A stretch of DNA of 20,000 nt from positions 113,395 to 133,394 of IMG/VR virus record IMGVR_UViG_3300005290_000006, one strand, 5' to 3'. Shown here one piece after another: positions 1-9,122 of the stretch (the first letter of the stretch is position 1; each line of letters starts with the position of its first letter). Below the pieces are notes generated by a model. The model saw nothing but the letters and a program-made list of their open reading frames with translations, was not told the origin of the DNA and made no database searches. The DNA is from an uncultured virus (IMG/VR IMGVR_UViG_3300005290_000006) (Duplodnaviria; Heunggongvirae; Uroviricota; Caudoviricetes). The translations under genes were made by a program, and so were the position numbers.

Positions 1-566
1 TCAATGATCCCCATGAACGAGTCAGGGGTTTCCGAGGTGACCGTGTGGACGATCTCAGACTGCCGTTCGTCATACGACATGGCAATCCGTTCTTGAATCA
101 GGTCGGACAGGTTAGCCCAGTCTTCCTTCTTCATCTCGTGCAGTTCTTTGAAGTACGCGTCACGCACACCGGCTTTAAAGCGCTTCTGGAACGCCTCGTT
201 CTCACCGTTCATGCGCACTTCAGTAACGTGCTTGTAGACCAGCTTACGAGTCATTTCATCGTCAGCACAATCTTCAAGACCGGCTTCAATGGTCCTGCGA
301 AGAGTGTCATCATTCTTGCAAAACAGCTCAACACGCTGCATTAACAATGATTTTATAACAGACTCATCGTTAGGTTGCTTCAGCAGCCACTGAATGGTGG
401 TTCGAATCGCATCACGAGTTTCCTTATCCTGACTGAAAACATCAGCATTAGGTTTCGGGAGTTCTTCTAAGGTTTCTACCAATTCGGTGATCAGGTTATT
501 GTCTTTCAGCTTCTTAGCCTGATAAAGAGCAGACAGTATTTTAACCAACACCAGTAAATCGTTCAT
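1..566 (-). CDS. DnaB-like replicative helicase of phiKZ-like phages (gp118-like), N-terminal part; truncated by the window edge
   Basis: Missing from the ORF track because it is open-ended. My translation from ATG at 566 gives MNDLLVLVKILSALYQAKKLKDNNLITELVETLEELPKP...TPDSFMGII with no stop, and a GGGGAG SD lies 6 nt upstream. The N-terminus and the divergent position two genes before the capsid match phiKZ-like helicase gene order. The ATPase motifs lie outside the window. Confidence 0.7.
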   Translation of the reverse strand, partial: MNDLLVLVKILSALYQAKKLKDNNLITELVETLEELPKPNADVFSQDKETRDAIRTTIQWLLKQPNDESVIKSLLMQRVELFCKNDDTLRRTIEAGLEDCADDEMTRKLVYKHVTEVRMNGENEAFQKRFKAGVRDAYFKELHEMKKEDWANLSDLIQERIAMSYDERQSEIVHTVTSETPDSFMGII

Positions 567-589
567 TCAAAACTCCCCGGGAGCTAAAG

Positions 590-1135
590 ATGATTTTGAA
601 TTATCCTAACGGTAATCCGTTTAAATTCTTTTTCCTGACCAGAGGGATGGTGGAGACTCTGGTCCGTTGTTCGATTCCGTTGCAAGACTTGGACAAATTG
701 TCGGCATACCATGGCATTCTGACTTACGGAGAAATGGCCGACATTCTCAAGTACCAACTGATCGTCGGGAAGACGATGGGTATTCCAACCACGGACGCTG
801 CCGCTCAGTTCGGTAAGGGCTTCGATGGTGCCATGCTCGCAGATGCATTCAATGCGTCTAACAGTGAAGCTTTAGCCGGCCAGTTCCAGGCGGCCTCGCA
901 GTTCCAATCCCTTGTTATAGGGCAAACCATTGTTATGGTGGCAGGTGTGCGTACCGACAAACCCCTGCCGGGCTTCTCTGTGCAAGAGGGGAGCACATTC
1001 TCAGCCGCCCTGCTGGAAACGATTTATGAACGTGTGGGTTATCTGGAAGCTCATTCCGGAAAAGTCATACATCCTGCTATCGGGGAATTCACTCTGGCGG
1101 AGGTTTTTAAACTCCTCAGCATACAAAACCCCTAA
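590..1135 (+). CDS. Conserved hypothetical / putative virion protein (positional equivalent of phiKZ gp119)
   Basis: 181-aa ORF with a GGGAG SD at 579-583, located between the helicase and the major capsid gene as in phiKZ-like phages. Confidence 0.6.
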   Translation: MILNYPNGNPFKFFFLTRGMVETLVRCSIPLQDLDKLSAYHGILTYGEMADILKYQLIVGKTMGIPTTDAAAQFGKGFDGAMLADAFNASNSEALAGQFQAASQFQSLVIGQTIVMVAGVRTDKPLPGFSVQEGSTFSAALLETIYERVGYLEAHSGKVIHPAIGEFTLAEVFKLLSIQNP

Positions 1136-1144
1136 CACCCTTAC

Positions 1145-1160
1145 ATATTTTATGTGCAGC
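1145..1160 (+). promoter_or_regulatory. Candidate late promoter (TATG at 1151-1154) for the capsid gene
   Basis: AT-rich intergenic ATATTTTATGTG about 65 nt upstream of the capsid ATG. phiKZ late promoters have a TATG consensus at the start site. The motif is short, so this is weak evidence. Confidence 0.4.
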
Positions 1161-1219
1161 TCAACTTGCGCAGACAATATATCTGTTTACAAACTGTTTA
1201 ACTCACAGAGACTGACCAC

Positions 1220-3412
1220 ATGGCCAAGAAAATTTTGACGGCAGCGTTGAAGCCGAAAAGCAACCTGTTCCACGCTATCCGTTCTTCGCTGGTAAACAAC
1301 AACGCCCTCGCCACCTTTGCCGGTAACGAAAGTTTTGGCGAGTTCCAAACCCAGATGGGTTCCGTTGCCGGTATCGAAGGCATCAACCTCGGCGCTGAGC
1401 TGGCTGTACTGAAACCCGGTTCGTTCGACGCCTTCATGGGCGCCAAGCTGCGTAAGGGCCTGCCAAGCGAAGCCCTCTCCATGTTCGGTGAAGCCGAGCA
1501 AGGTCTGAAGTCCATCCAGGGTCTGGAAGGCTTCTCCATGCAGAACTTCGCTGGTGAGCAGGCTGACCTGAAAGCAGCCAACATGACCCTCAACGCGCAG
1601 TCGCACTTGCAAACGCCTGCTGCCGAGGCACTTTTCACCACCATCTCCGTCAAGTACGAAGATGAAGGCGCCGAGATGGTTGTTCGTGCCGCTGGTCTGG
1701 GCACTTACGCCTACGGCAACAGCGCATGGCAATCGGCTTCCGAACTGCGTCCGATCTTCGGCCTGCTTCGCTCCGGCGAAATGTTCAAAGACGAAGTGCT
1801 GGCCCTGTGGCCTGTTTACCCAACCGACGCCGGTGACGACACTCGTCTGCTGTTCGCTGACGCCGCGCTGGTTGCTCCACAGAACGCCACCTACCCTGAA
1901 GGCGACGCCTACGGCCGTAGCGCTCACAAAACTCAGTTCCTGACTGTTCCGGTTACCGTACCGAACCTTCTGGCTCTGACCCAGGTTCCTGGCCAGCGTC
2001 AGTGGACTTCGACCGACGAGATCGAATCGAACTCCATCAGCATCCGTACCCTGGCTCTGGGCGGCAAGATCGGCGCTACCGCGGTCAACTTCTTCATCGA
2101 CACCCGTTCGATGTCGAACAACACCTTCGGTCCAACGTCGATGGGTCAGTCCTCGGACGATCGTCAACTGAACATGCACATCCGTCACCTGCCGGGCTTC
2201 TCGGTTGAAGACAAAGATGGCGTGAAAGTCGGCGAAACCCTGTTCGCAACCTTCAAGACCGCTGGCTACGAGCCGCTGCTCACCGTTTCGGCTTCTGGTA
2301 ACTACCAGCGCCAAGGCAACGAGCTGCGCCTGAACGCCGGTACTGCTGAAGTGACCGCTCTGAAAGAGCTGAGCTCCAAGCGCATCATCACCCTGGGCAA
2401 GGCCGATGAAGATCAGAAAGCTCTGATCCGTTCGTTCAGCGGCGGCACCGTGGTGGCTCTGAAGCCTACCTTCAACGTGTCGAACACCAGCCGTGGCAAC
2501 TTCGGCTACCGCATCGAAGTCTTCGATGCTCGCAAGCACCTGTCTGTACAGCGCCGCTCCCCAGTATCGGTGAAATACCCGATCAGCAAGGACGACGTCA
2601 ACCAGGCTTCGCTGGACTTCGCTATCGGCCAAATGTCGATCGTGATCAACAACCAGTGCTCGCGCAACGCGTTCGACAAGGCTCAGGATCACCTGAAGTA
2701 CATCACCTCCATCGACGGTTCCCCAGTCGTGGGCAACAACCAGGGCTCCAACGTCCTGGCCGGTCAGCACTTCGTTACCGCTTCCGCGGTGAACCGTGCG
2801 ATCAAGCTGCAAGACGTCGTGTCGGCTGTTGACTCTGCCGGCGTGTACGAATCCGTCTGCGCTGCGATCACCAACGAAATCAGCGACATCACTGCTGCCC
2901 TGAACACCAAGTCGGGTCTGGCTGCGATCGCTGAATACGGCGGCACCGATGGCAACATCGAGTGGACTGTTGTTGTTCACCAAAACCTGAGCCGTTTCGT
3001 AATGCGCTCCGGCGATGCTCGTACCACTGGTCCGAAGCAAACCCTGAACGTTGTCGAAACGAACTTCGACTCGCAGATCGGTCAAATCCTGATCGTTCCG
3101 AAGAACACCTCCACCAACGATACCATCAACCCTCTGGGCGGTATCGGCGTGAACGTGTCCAAGGAAAACATCCTGGTCCAAGGCAACGTCACTCGTGACC
3201 AGCAGGACTTCGGTGTGGTCATGACCCTCCCGATCTACAAGCACTGGGCTCTGAACCCAATCATCGGCTCGCTGACCATCACCGACGCCCATGACTTCCT
3301 GGGTGACGAAGGTCTGCTGTCGAAGCTGGCTTCTCAGCGCGTTACTGTCGACAACATCGGTGACGCTGGCGCGAACGTTGAGCCAACCGAGCCGGTTGAC
3401 CCAAACGCCTAA
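1220..3412 (+). CDS. Major capsid protein precursor (phiKZ gp120-like)
   Basis: 730 aa with very strong high-expression codon bias. It has 'QTPAAEALFTTISV' after a propeptide carrying G-x-E sites, 'NTSRGNFGYRI', 'RRSPVSVKYPI' and a C-terminal 'TLPIYKHWALNPIIGSLTI', all resembling phiKZ-family capsid motifs. It is followed by strong hairpins and sits in the expected gene order. Confidence 0.9.
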   Translation: MAKKILTAALKPKSNLFHAIRSSLVNNNALATFAGNESFGEFQTQMGSVAGIEGINLGAELAVLKPGSFDAFMGAKLRKGLPSEALSMFGEAEQGLKSIQGLEGFSMQNFAGEQADLKAANMTLNAQSHLQTPAAEALFTTISVKYEDEGAEMVVRAAGLGTYAYGNSAWQSASELRPIFGLLRSGEMFKDEVLALWPVYPTDAGDDTRLLFADAALVAPQNATYPEGDAYGRSAHKTQFLTVPVTVPNLLALTQVPGQRQWTSTDEIESNSISIRTLALGGKIGATAVNFFIDTRSMSNNTFGPTSMGQSSDDRQLNMHIRHLPGFSVEDKDGVKVGETLFATFKTAGYEPLLTVSASGNYQRQGNELRLNAGTAEVTALKELSSKRIITLGKADEDQKALIRSFSGGTVVALKPTFNVSNTSRGNFGYRIEVFDARKHLSVQRRSPVSVKYPISKDDVNQASLDFAIGQMSIVINNQCSRNAFDKAQDHLKYITSIDGSPVVGNNQGSNVLAGQHFVTASAVNRAIKLQDVVSAVDSAGVYESVCAAITNEISDITAALNTKSGLAAIAEYGGTDGNIEWTVVVHQNLSRFVMRSGDARTTGPKQTLNVVETNFDSQIGQILIVPKNTSTNDTINPLGGIGVNVSKENILVQGNVTRDQQDFGVVMTLPIYKHWALNPIIGSLTITDAHDFLGDEGLLSKLASQRVTVDNIGDAGANVEPTEPVDPNA

Positions 3413-3481
3413 GCCCAACGGACTACGGTCAGTTGACAGTAGGTTGATGCTTCTGTCAACTGTACTGATGCCGGTTGGGCT
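3412..3481 (+). other. Long imperfect RNA stem-loop in the capsid 3' UTR
   Basis: AGCCCAAC (3412-3419) pairs with GTTGGGCT (3474-3481). The inner CAGTTGACAG (3430-3439) pairs with CTGTCAACTG (3453-3462). Confidence 0.65.
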
Positions 3482-3508
3482 GCTGGTTGAAGTGAGTTGA
3501 AACAGAGT

Positions 3509-3562
3509 CTGCTCCCTCCCTCACCTCGAAAGGGGTGAGGGAGGGTAGTAGTCTTATGTTTG
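3509..3562 (+). terminator. Terminator after the capsid gene
   Basis: Stem CCCTCCCTCACCTC / GGGGTGAGGGAGGG (3514-3527 / 3532-3545) with a GAAA loop, followed by TTATGTTTG and a T-rich tract. Confidence 0.8.
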
Positions 3563-3590
3563 CATTTTGATATTTGGGGTCCACTGGAAT

Positions 3591-3616
3591 CTTTGAAACC
3601 TACATTATTAGTTTAG
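3591..3616 (+). promoter_or_regulatory. Putative phage early/middle promoter for the RNAP-subunit operon
   Basis: CTTTGAAACCTACATTATTAGTTTAG matches 17/26 positions of the motif at 9123-9148 and resembles the phiKZ early TATATTAC-type promoter. Confidence 0.55.
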
Positions 3617-3652
3617 AATCGTCTAATAATGTTTCCATTGGAGGCCTCCAAA

Positions 3653-4789
3653 ATGGACAACGAAATCAGTAGCTTCAAATTGAATTACAGGATCGTCAAT
3701 CGATCAAGCCAAGAATTGATTGTGCGGGCTAAAGGTGGTTTGGGTTACATCATCAAACGCGCCAAGGAACCGAGCTACTCTGACCAGCGTCAGGTGCACG
3801 TGAACATCCCGTCGGTTATCATGGCCAACCTGCTCATCGATGAAAAGGCAGCGCTCACCCTGTTCGACAAGAAACTGTTGCAGGGTATTCGCCAAGATCG
3901 TGATCGTCTGAAAGATAACAACCCGGGTTTCTTCGACATGTTCAGTCAGGAAATCAACGTGTGCATCGCACTTACCAGCAGCCTCGTTGAAAAGAATGAC
4001 GCAATCCATAGCGAGATCCTCGGCATCACTTTGTACAACGGAGCAGAGAACGCCAACCGCCCATCCCTGAACACCCCAGCAGCAACCCTGCAAGAGCTGT
4101 GTGAAGTCGAAGCAGCTGAAGAGACTCAGCCTAAAGGTGGACTGCACCACTTTATCTATGTCAACGATCCTCGCCGCGAATGCAACCCGATGTACACTAA
4201 CGTGATGGGTAAAGCAATCGAAGTGCCTGTGGTGTATGACTCAGGTAAACAATCTGGTCTGTACATTGGGTTACTCCACGGTAATGAATCACCGCAAATA
4301 CTATATTACACTTTCGAAGGTTTGGACGGCAAAACGATGGAGTCGGTGGGTCTGTTCGCTACGAAGGTAGCGTGCGAGAATGGCGCCAACACCGAACGTA
4401 CTCAGCAAGCTGAGAAGAAGGCCCTGGAGAATGCCAAAGAAGCAGGCAAGCAACGGGACCTGGTTGTCGGTCTGCAAGAGATGTTGTCCAAACAGGAAGT
4501 CGTAAATAGTCGCCTGGCGAAGGACCTGGTGCAATCGCGGCAAGATCACAAAACAGAAGTCTCTCATCTGAAACACGAACATCGCATTGAAATAAGTCAG
4601 CTCAAGCACCAAACAAAAGTGTCCGGGGATATCTTCAAATACGAAACCCGAATCAAAGACACTGTGGCAAAAGCCAATATGGAGTTTGTGAAGCGTCAAA
4701 GTTCTGTCAATAATTGGGGTGAACTCGCGAAGGCAGTTACGGCTGTGGCCGGCGTCGCGTTTACAGGATATAAGCTTTTCACTTCGTAG
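3653..4789 (+). CDS. Conserved hypothetical protein with C-terminal coiled coil and terminal hydrophobic helix (positional equivalent of phiKZ gp122)
   Basis: ORF track 3629..4789; start moved to ATG 3653 because of GGAGG at 3640-3644. It has a heptad-like K/E/Q-rich C-terminal third ending in 'WGELAKAVTAVAGVAFTGYKLF' and lies directly upstream of the RNAP subunit. Confidence 0.7.
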   Translation: MDNEISSFKLNYRIVNRSSQELIVRAKGGLGYIIKRAKEPSYSDQRQVHVNIPSVIMANLLIDEKAALTLFDKKLLQGIRQDRDRLKDNNPGFFDMFSQEINVCIALTSSLVEKNDAIHSEILGITLYNGAENANRPSLNTPAATLQELCEVEAAEETQPKGGLHHFIYVNDPRRECNPMYTNVMGKAIEVPVVYDSGKQSGLYIGLLHGNESPQILYYTFEGLDGKTMESVGLFATKVACENGANTERTQQAEKKALENAKEAGKQRDLVVGLQEMLSKQEVVNSRLAKDLVQSRQDHKTEVSHLKHEHRIEISQLKHQTKVSGDIFKYETRIKDTVAKANMEFVKRQSSVNNWGELAKAVTAVAGVAFTGYKLFTS

Positions 4790-4805
4790 TAATCTGGAGC
4801 TCAGG

Positions 4806-6458
4806 ATGCATCCACGTTTGATCGGACCGATTGAGGCAACGATGCCGAAATTCAATCAGGTAATTGTTGAAGGGTTTCATCAAAAGGAATTCGAAAACGG
4901 TCTTCATTATTTCGACCATTCGCTTCGATTGATTTTCAAAAGCATTGAAAAACGTGGGGTGTTCTTTCGTGGCGTATTCAGAGTACCGCCGCGTGAGTAC
5001 ATTGAGTACCTCACCAAGTCATCCACCAAAATCTTCGACATTCACAAGGAGACGTTGTACCCTTGCAAGATCATGTTCGAGTATCTGGACAAGTCGGGCA
5101 AGATCATTGCGTTGAACCCAGTGTACGTTATGCTGCCGTATTGCGACAAGCATGGCGATCTCTGGTTGCGTGGTGTGCACTACAGTTTGCAATTCGTACT
5201 GGCTGAGCGTGGCTTACCGGTAACGAAAGAGAACTCGCTGTTTGTCAAAGTCTTGGGGTTCAAGTTCAAGATCGGCGTGGAACACTTTAAGTACGACATG
5301 GTGCTCTCCGAAACCGGAAACAACTTGACTCGAACTGCCGACATCAACCTGGCTGCGAATCGGTTCTATTCACCGACCGAAGCTCGGAAGATTAAGGATA
5401 CCAAAACCCCTACGCCTTTATTAGCCTGGTATATCTTTGCGGATATGGGGTTCACTCGTGCCATGCAGCAGTATGGTGAGTGTGACTTTGAAATCGGACC
5501 TACCGATGCCTTGATTGCGGAATGCAAACCACAGGATCGTTGGGAAATCATCACCCGGTCGAGTTCTCCGAATTCGAAATCGCTGGGTGACTTCGTGGGT
5601 CACGACTATGCCGTGGCGGTGCGAAACAAATCCGATAAGCGTAAAGAACTCAGCTCGATGGCGTTGCAGTATGCCGGGGCGTTGTTGTTTGTCATTGATT
5701 GCCTTTCCTCGTACTTTGATATCGACAGCATCGACAACCCGGACTACTGGAAGTTGATTATTGGTCGCTGCTCCGTGAAAGCGGGTGACAGTAATGAGTA
5801 CATCATGCGACTCATGCATGAGCACTTTGACTCGATCAACGAGTACCTGGACGAAGACTCGATCAAGAAATTCGCGTCCCAGTCCATCGTGGTGGCGAAC
5901 ATGTTCGACTTGTTTAACTACATCATTGCGAATCGCAGTGAGATCGTTCAAACAACCGACCGTGCATCCATGTTCTTCAAAGAACTGGCTAGTTTGGAAT
6001 TCACGTTGGACAAGCTGATCACAGCCGCCAACAGTTTCAAACACGACATCAAGAACAACTCGGAACTCAGCCAGAAGAAAGTGTCCCGGTTCCTCAACAA
6101 CAACTTCCACATTAAGGAGATTGACAATGCTCGAACGACCAATCTCATTCAGGAACCGACCCCAACCGATAATCCGTTCATCGATTACGTGTTGGGTTGT
6201 ATGCCACAGCACAAAGTCTACACAGGGGTAGGTAACAAGAAGAAGCGCGGGGATTTCGATACAACAGACAGCGCATGCTTCACTCACCCTTCACTGCCTT
6301 TCGTAAATAGTTACCTGCGGGTGACTAACCCGTATCCAGACGGACGAGGGTATCTAACACCATGCATCCATCTGATCAACGACAAAATAACCGGACTCGC
6401 TCCTGAGTTCAAAGAGTTATATGAAGCGACAGATCGACGCCTGAAACGCCGAGAGTAA
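4806..6458 (+). CDS. Non-virion RNA polymerase beta subunit, N-terminal part (phiKZ gp123-like)
   Basis: About 550 aa from ATG 4806 (GGAG SD at 4796-4799). Colinear motifs resemble phiKZ gp123: 'MPKFN..IVEG', 'VMLPY..HGDLWLRG', 'LAWYIFADMGF', 'YWKLIIG', 'YLDEDSI', 'HPSLPFV...PDGRGYL'. It lies downstream of the capsid as in phiKZ. Confidence 0.85.
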   Translation: MHPRLIGPIEATMPKFNQVIVEGFHQKEFENGLHYFDHSLRLIFKSIEKRGVFFRGVFRVPPREYIEYLTKSSTKIFDIHKETLYPCKIMFEYLDKSGKIIALNPVYVMLPYCDKHGDLWLRGVHYSLQFVLAERGLPVTKENSLFVKVLGFKFKIGVEHFKYDMVLSETGNNLTRTADINLAANRFYSPTEARKIKDTKTPTPLLAWYIFADMGFTRAMQQYGECDFEIGPTDALIAECKPQDRWEIITRSSSPNSKSLGDFVGHDYAVAVRNKSDKRKELSSMALQYAGALLFVIDCLSSYFDIDSIDNPDYWKLIIGRCSVKAGDSNEYIMRLMHEHFDSINEYLDEDSIKKFASQSIVVANMFDLFNYIIANRSEIVQTTDRASMFFKELASLEFTLDKLITAANSFKHDIKNNSELSQKKVSRFLNNNFHIKEIDNARTTNLIQEPTPTDNPFIDYVLGCMPQHKVYTGVGNKKKRGDFDTTDSACFTHPSLPFVNSYLRVTNPYPDGRGYLTPCIHLINDKITGLAPEFKELYEATDRRLKRRE

Positions 6459-6465
6459 ACTAGCC

Positions 6466-8796
6466 ATGCAACAAAATAACGGTGGTCCCAGCAGTATGAT
6501 TCGTCCAGGAGGCGGAGCGACAGTAGCCGTCCCGCAAATGGGCGCAAACAATATGGCTGCACGAACAGCAATGGGCGGCACCATGATGGGAGGTGCGATG
6601 GATCCCATGGCTATCTTCCGTCAGATGGTGGACGGGGGTGGTACTTCCGCCGCAGCTGGCGGGATCAAGTGGGAGTCGTACGGCAGTGGTGGCATGTACG
6701 ATTCGGGCATGCAGGAGATCCTTAATTCCTCAGGCCCGGATCAAGATTCGATGCAGTACCACGCTTCGGCTGTGGTGCAGTACAACGTAATCTTCATGCA
6801 GCACCTTATCTCGCGTTCCGGTAAGTTCTACGAAGTATACCGGCAGACGGTGGAAAGCTTCCGTCGTAATGAGCAGGGTCACCCATGCCCTGTGCGAGAT
6901 GCATTTGTCACCATGTTCAATCGTCACCAGGAATTTAACCGCCCGGTGGCGATTGCAGCCGCTCCATTGTTCGGCTGGCGTCTGATCCACATCCGTCAGG
7001 AAACTGGCCGTGAGGATCTGAACGCCTCGCAATATCTGGGCGCAGCAGAGATCGCCATTCGATCCGTCCTCTTTATGGAGATGGTCAACTGGATGATGAA
7101 AACGAACGAGGGTCAAATCCACGCTCGTCAGCTGCCGAAAGACCTGGCAATCAAAATGCCAAACCTGGACAAGTACAACGACGTGATCAATGCGGCGTGT
7201 GCGGTGTTCGGTATTAACAATCCGTACGCGGGTATCAAGTTCGAAGTCAAAGCAGCCGTACGCAGCGACTTAGCGAACAACCGTTTTGAACAGGGCGCAG
7301 AATACCTGTACAGCAACGGTATGGGCATGACGGGTCAATCCGATATGTCCGAAGGCAAAGATATGTGGGCAATGATTCAACGTAATGCTCGGGACTGGCG
7401 CGGTGAAGCACCAACCCGTAACGTTGCCGAGCCGCTGGATTCGCTGTACGCGGCTGAACAAAGCTGGAACAAAATCCGTAACGACCTTTCCAACCTTACA
7501 CCCAAAAACAAAGAGGAGTTCCACCTCGGCCGCTTCTTCCACTATGTTGGTAAACTGAATCACTACATGATCCCAGAGACCGACTGGAAGAAGATCCAAC
7601 ACGCGTTTGTGAAACACCCAGAGATGGGGAAAGAGGAAACCGTTCTACCAGGCTGCTTCCGGATCGTAATTATCAATCTGGATACAGACTCAGGATGGTT
7701 CAGCAAAATTGTCCGGAGTGAGGTCTATGACATGCCTACTGTATTGACTGATCCAACTGTGTTGTTGCCACTGCTCAATGATGACGGTAGTGACTACTTG
7801 AAGGTTGAAGTATCTGCTGTTGAAGACGTAGCCGGCCTGAAGGGCGACAAGCCGCTGGTGGTCTCGGTTGAGACCTGCAACGTTCTGCAAGAGAAAGATA
7901 AGGTTCCAGTGATCACACTGAAGGACCAAATCGTAGCGGCCAGTTCGAAAGAGCTGGAATCCACCATCACCAACGTTAACGCGCGTGTCAGTGCAAATTT
8001 CACCAAAACCAACGCGGTTAGCTTCAACACCAAAGTCTGGGATACGTTCGCCCTGAACCGTCCTGAAGACAAGATCCGTTTGTTCCAGGATCTGCCGTTC
8101 TTGTTCAAAGACAGCAAGATGGAAACCCGCCCAACGTTCTTCTCGGCGTGTCGTCAATTGCTGGACTACTTCAAGCAGGGTATCCTCGACAAAGAACTGA
8201 TGTCGTTTATCGATGGCCGTCTGACCACGACGATCAACGATTACTTCATCAATGCCGCCGGCTACGACAGCTTCAAGCACGAGAAGAACTATCTCTCGGT
8301 TGACAGCATCGTGAAGGACTATGAAGACCTGGACGAGCATTTCGAAAAGCATGACCAGATCATGTTCCGAATCCTCAACTCCAGCGACAAACCACACCCA
8401 CTCCTCGAAGCACTCAAAATCTTCACGTACGAACATCCGGGCATGCCAGCTGAAGGTGAGCTGTCGGCGATCGAGATGATCAAGTACGAACAGGAACTGG
8501 TGTTGGAGCGTCCGCTGTTCATCACGTTCATCAACAACCGCGGCGGTCCGATCTATCAGGAAGCCAACGTACCCATCCAGCTCAAGCGTAGTACCTTCCC
8601 TGAATACTTCGATCTGATCGAGAAAGCGTTTGACGGGACCATGGGTGACGCTGAGTTTGATACCACGGACAAAATTGTGTCCTTCACTTCCAGCGACAAC
8701 TTGTGGCTGTGGACCTACTCGGCCATCGACAAGAACATGGCGACTCTTCGTCACGTTTCGCGTCGTAGCCCGTTGGTTCTGCTGACCCTGGACTAA
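6466..8796 (+). CDS. Large conserved hypothetical protein with Met/Gly-rich low-complexity N-terminus
   Basis: 776-aa ORF 7 nt after the RNAP subunit stop, with phage-typical codon usage and a terminator downstream. No recognisable catalytic motif. Confidence 0.75.
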   Translation: MQQNNGGPSSMIRPGGGATVAVPQMGANNMAARTAMGGTMMGGAMDPMAIFRQMVDGGGTSAAAGGIKWESYGSGGMYDSGMQEILNSSGPDQDSMQYHASAVVQYNVIFMQHLISRSGKFYEVYRQTVESFRRNEQGHPCPVRDAFVTMFNRHQEFNRPVAIAAAPLFGWRLIHIRQETGREDLNASQYLGAAEIAIRSVLFMEMVNWMMKTNEGQIHARQLPKDLAIKMPNLDKYNDVINAACAVFGINNPYAGIKFEVKAAVRSDLANNRFEQGAEYLYSNGMGMTGQSDMSEGKDMWAMIQRNARDWRGEAPTRNVAEPLDSLYAAEQSWNKIRNDLSNLTPKNKEEFHLGRFFHYVGKLNHYMIPETDWKKIQHAFVKHPEMGKEETVLPGCFRIVIINLDTDSGWFSKIVRSEVYDMPTVLTDPTVLLPLLNDDGSDYLKVEVSAVEDVAGLKGDKPLVVSVETCNVLQEKDKVPVITLKDQIVAASSKELESTITNVNARVSANFTKTNAVSFNTKVWDTFALNRPEDKIRLFQDLPFLFKDSKMETRPTFFSACRQLLDYFKQGILDKELMSFIDGRLTTTINDYFINAAGYDSFKHEKNYLSVDSIVKDYEDLDEHFEKHDQIMFRILNSSDKPHPLLEALKIFTYEHPGMPAEGELSAIEMIKYEQELVLERPLFITFINNRGGPIYQEANVPIQLKRSTFPEYFDLIEKAFDGTMGDAEFDTTDKIVSFTSSDNLWLWTYSAIDKNMATLRHVSRRSPLVLLTLD

Positions 8797-8807
8797 GTAA
8801 CCGAACA

Positions 8808-8845
8808 ATAACTCAGGGGCCACCAAAGCCCCTGAGTTATGTTTG
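8808..8845 (+). terminator. Terminator ending the RNAP-subunit operon
   Basis: Perfect 13-bp stem ATAACTCAGGGGC / GCCCCTGAGTTAT with a 7-nt loop, overlapping TTATGTTTG, then a pyrimidine-rich tract. Confidence 0.8.
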
Positions 8846-8893
8846 CTTCATCTTTCTTTCTAACACAACACCCTTTATTTAGAGGCAACCAAT

Positions 8894-9103
8894 ATGTCAC
8901 CAGAAGCAAAAGCACTGGATAAAGAACTAAGGCGTATGCACACCGAATCACCGTTCCCACCTACCGTCAAAGTTACTTGGGTCGAAACAATAGCGGGTTG
9001 GTTCTTCACGGCATTGAGCACCCTTATCCTCATGGCAATGGGTGGGGCTATCACAGTAGCCTACCTCGCGCATGCTGGCTGGATCCAATTCGCTAGCTTG
9101 TAG
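8894..9103 (+). CDS. Small membrane protein
   Basis: 69 aa, AGAGG SD, hydrophobic segment 'IAGWFFTALSTLILMAMGGAITVAYLA'. Confidence 0.65.
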   Translation: MSPEAKALDKELRRMHTESPFPPTVKVTWVETIAGWFFTALSTLILMAMGGAITVAYLAHAGWIQFASL

Positions 9104-9122
9104 AAAAGTTAACTTACAGTTT

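Noticed and set aside
45..344. 99-aa + strand ORF
   Set aside because: It lies antisense within the open-ended helicase gene on the - strand.
1187..3418. 743-aa ORF antisense to the capsid gene
   Set aside because: It is a shadow of strong codon bias on the sense strand: it mirrors the capsid boundaries and has V/G/Q/D/H-rich composition with no recognisable motifs.
3291..3500. 69-aa ORF spanning the capsid stop as a possible frameshift extension
   Set aside because: It would need a +1 shift, no slippery site is evident, and the sequence is better explained by the RNA hairpin.
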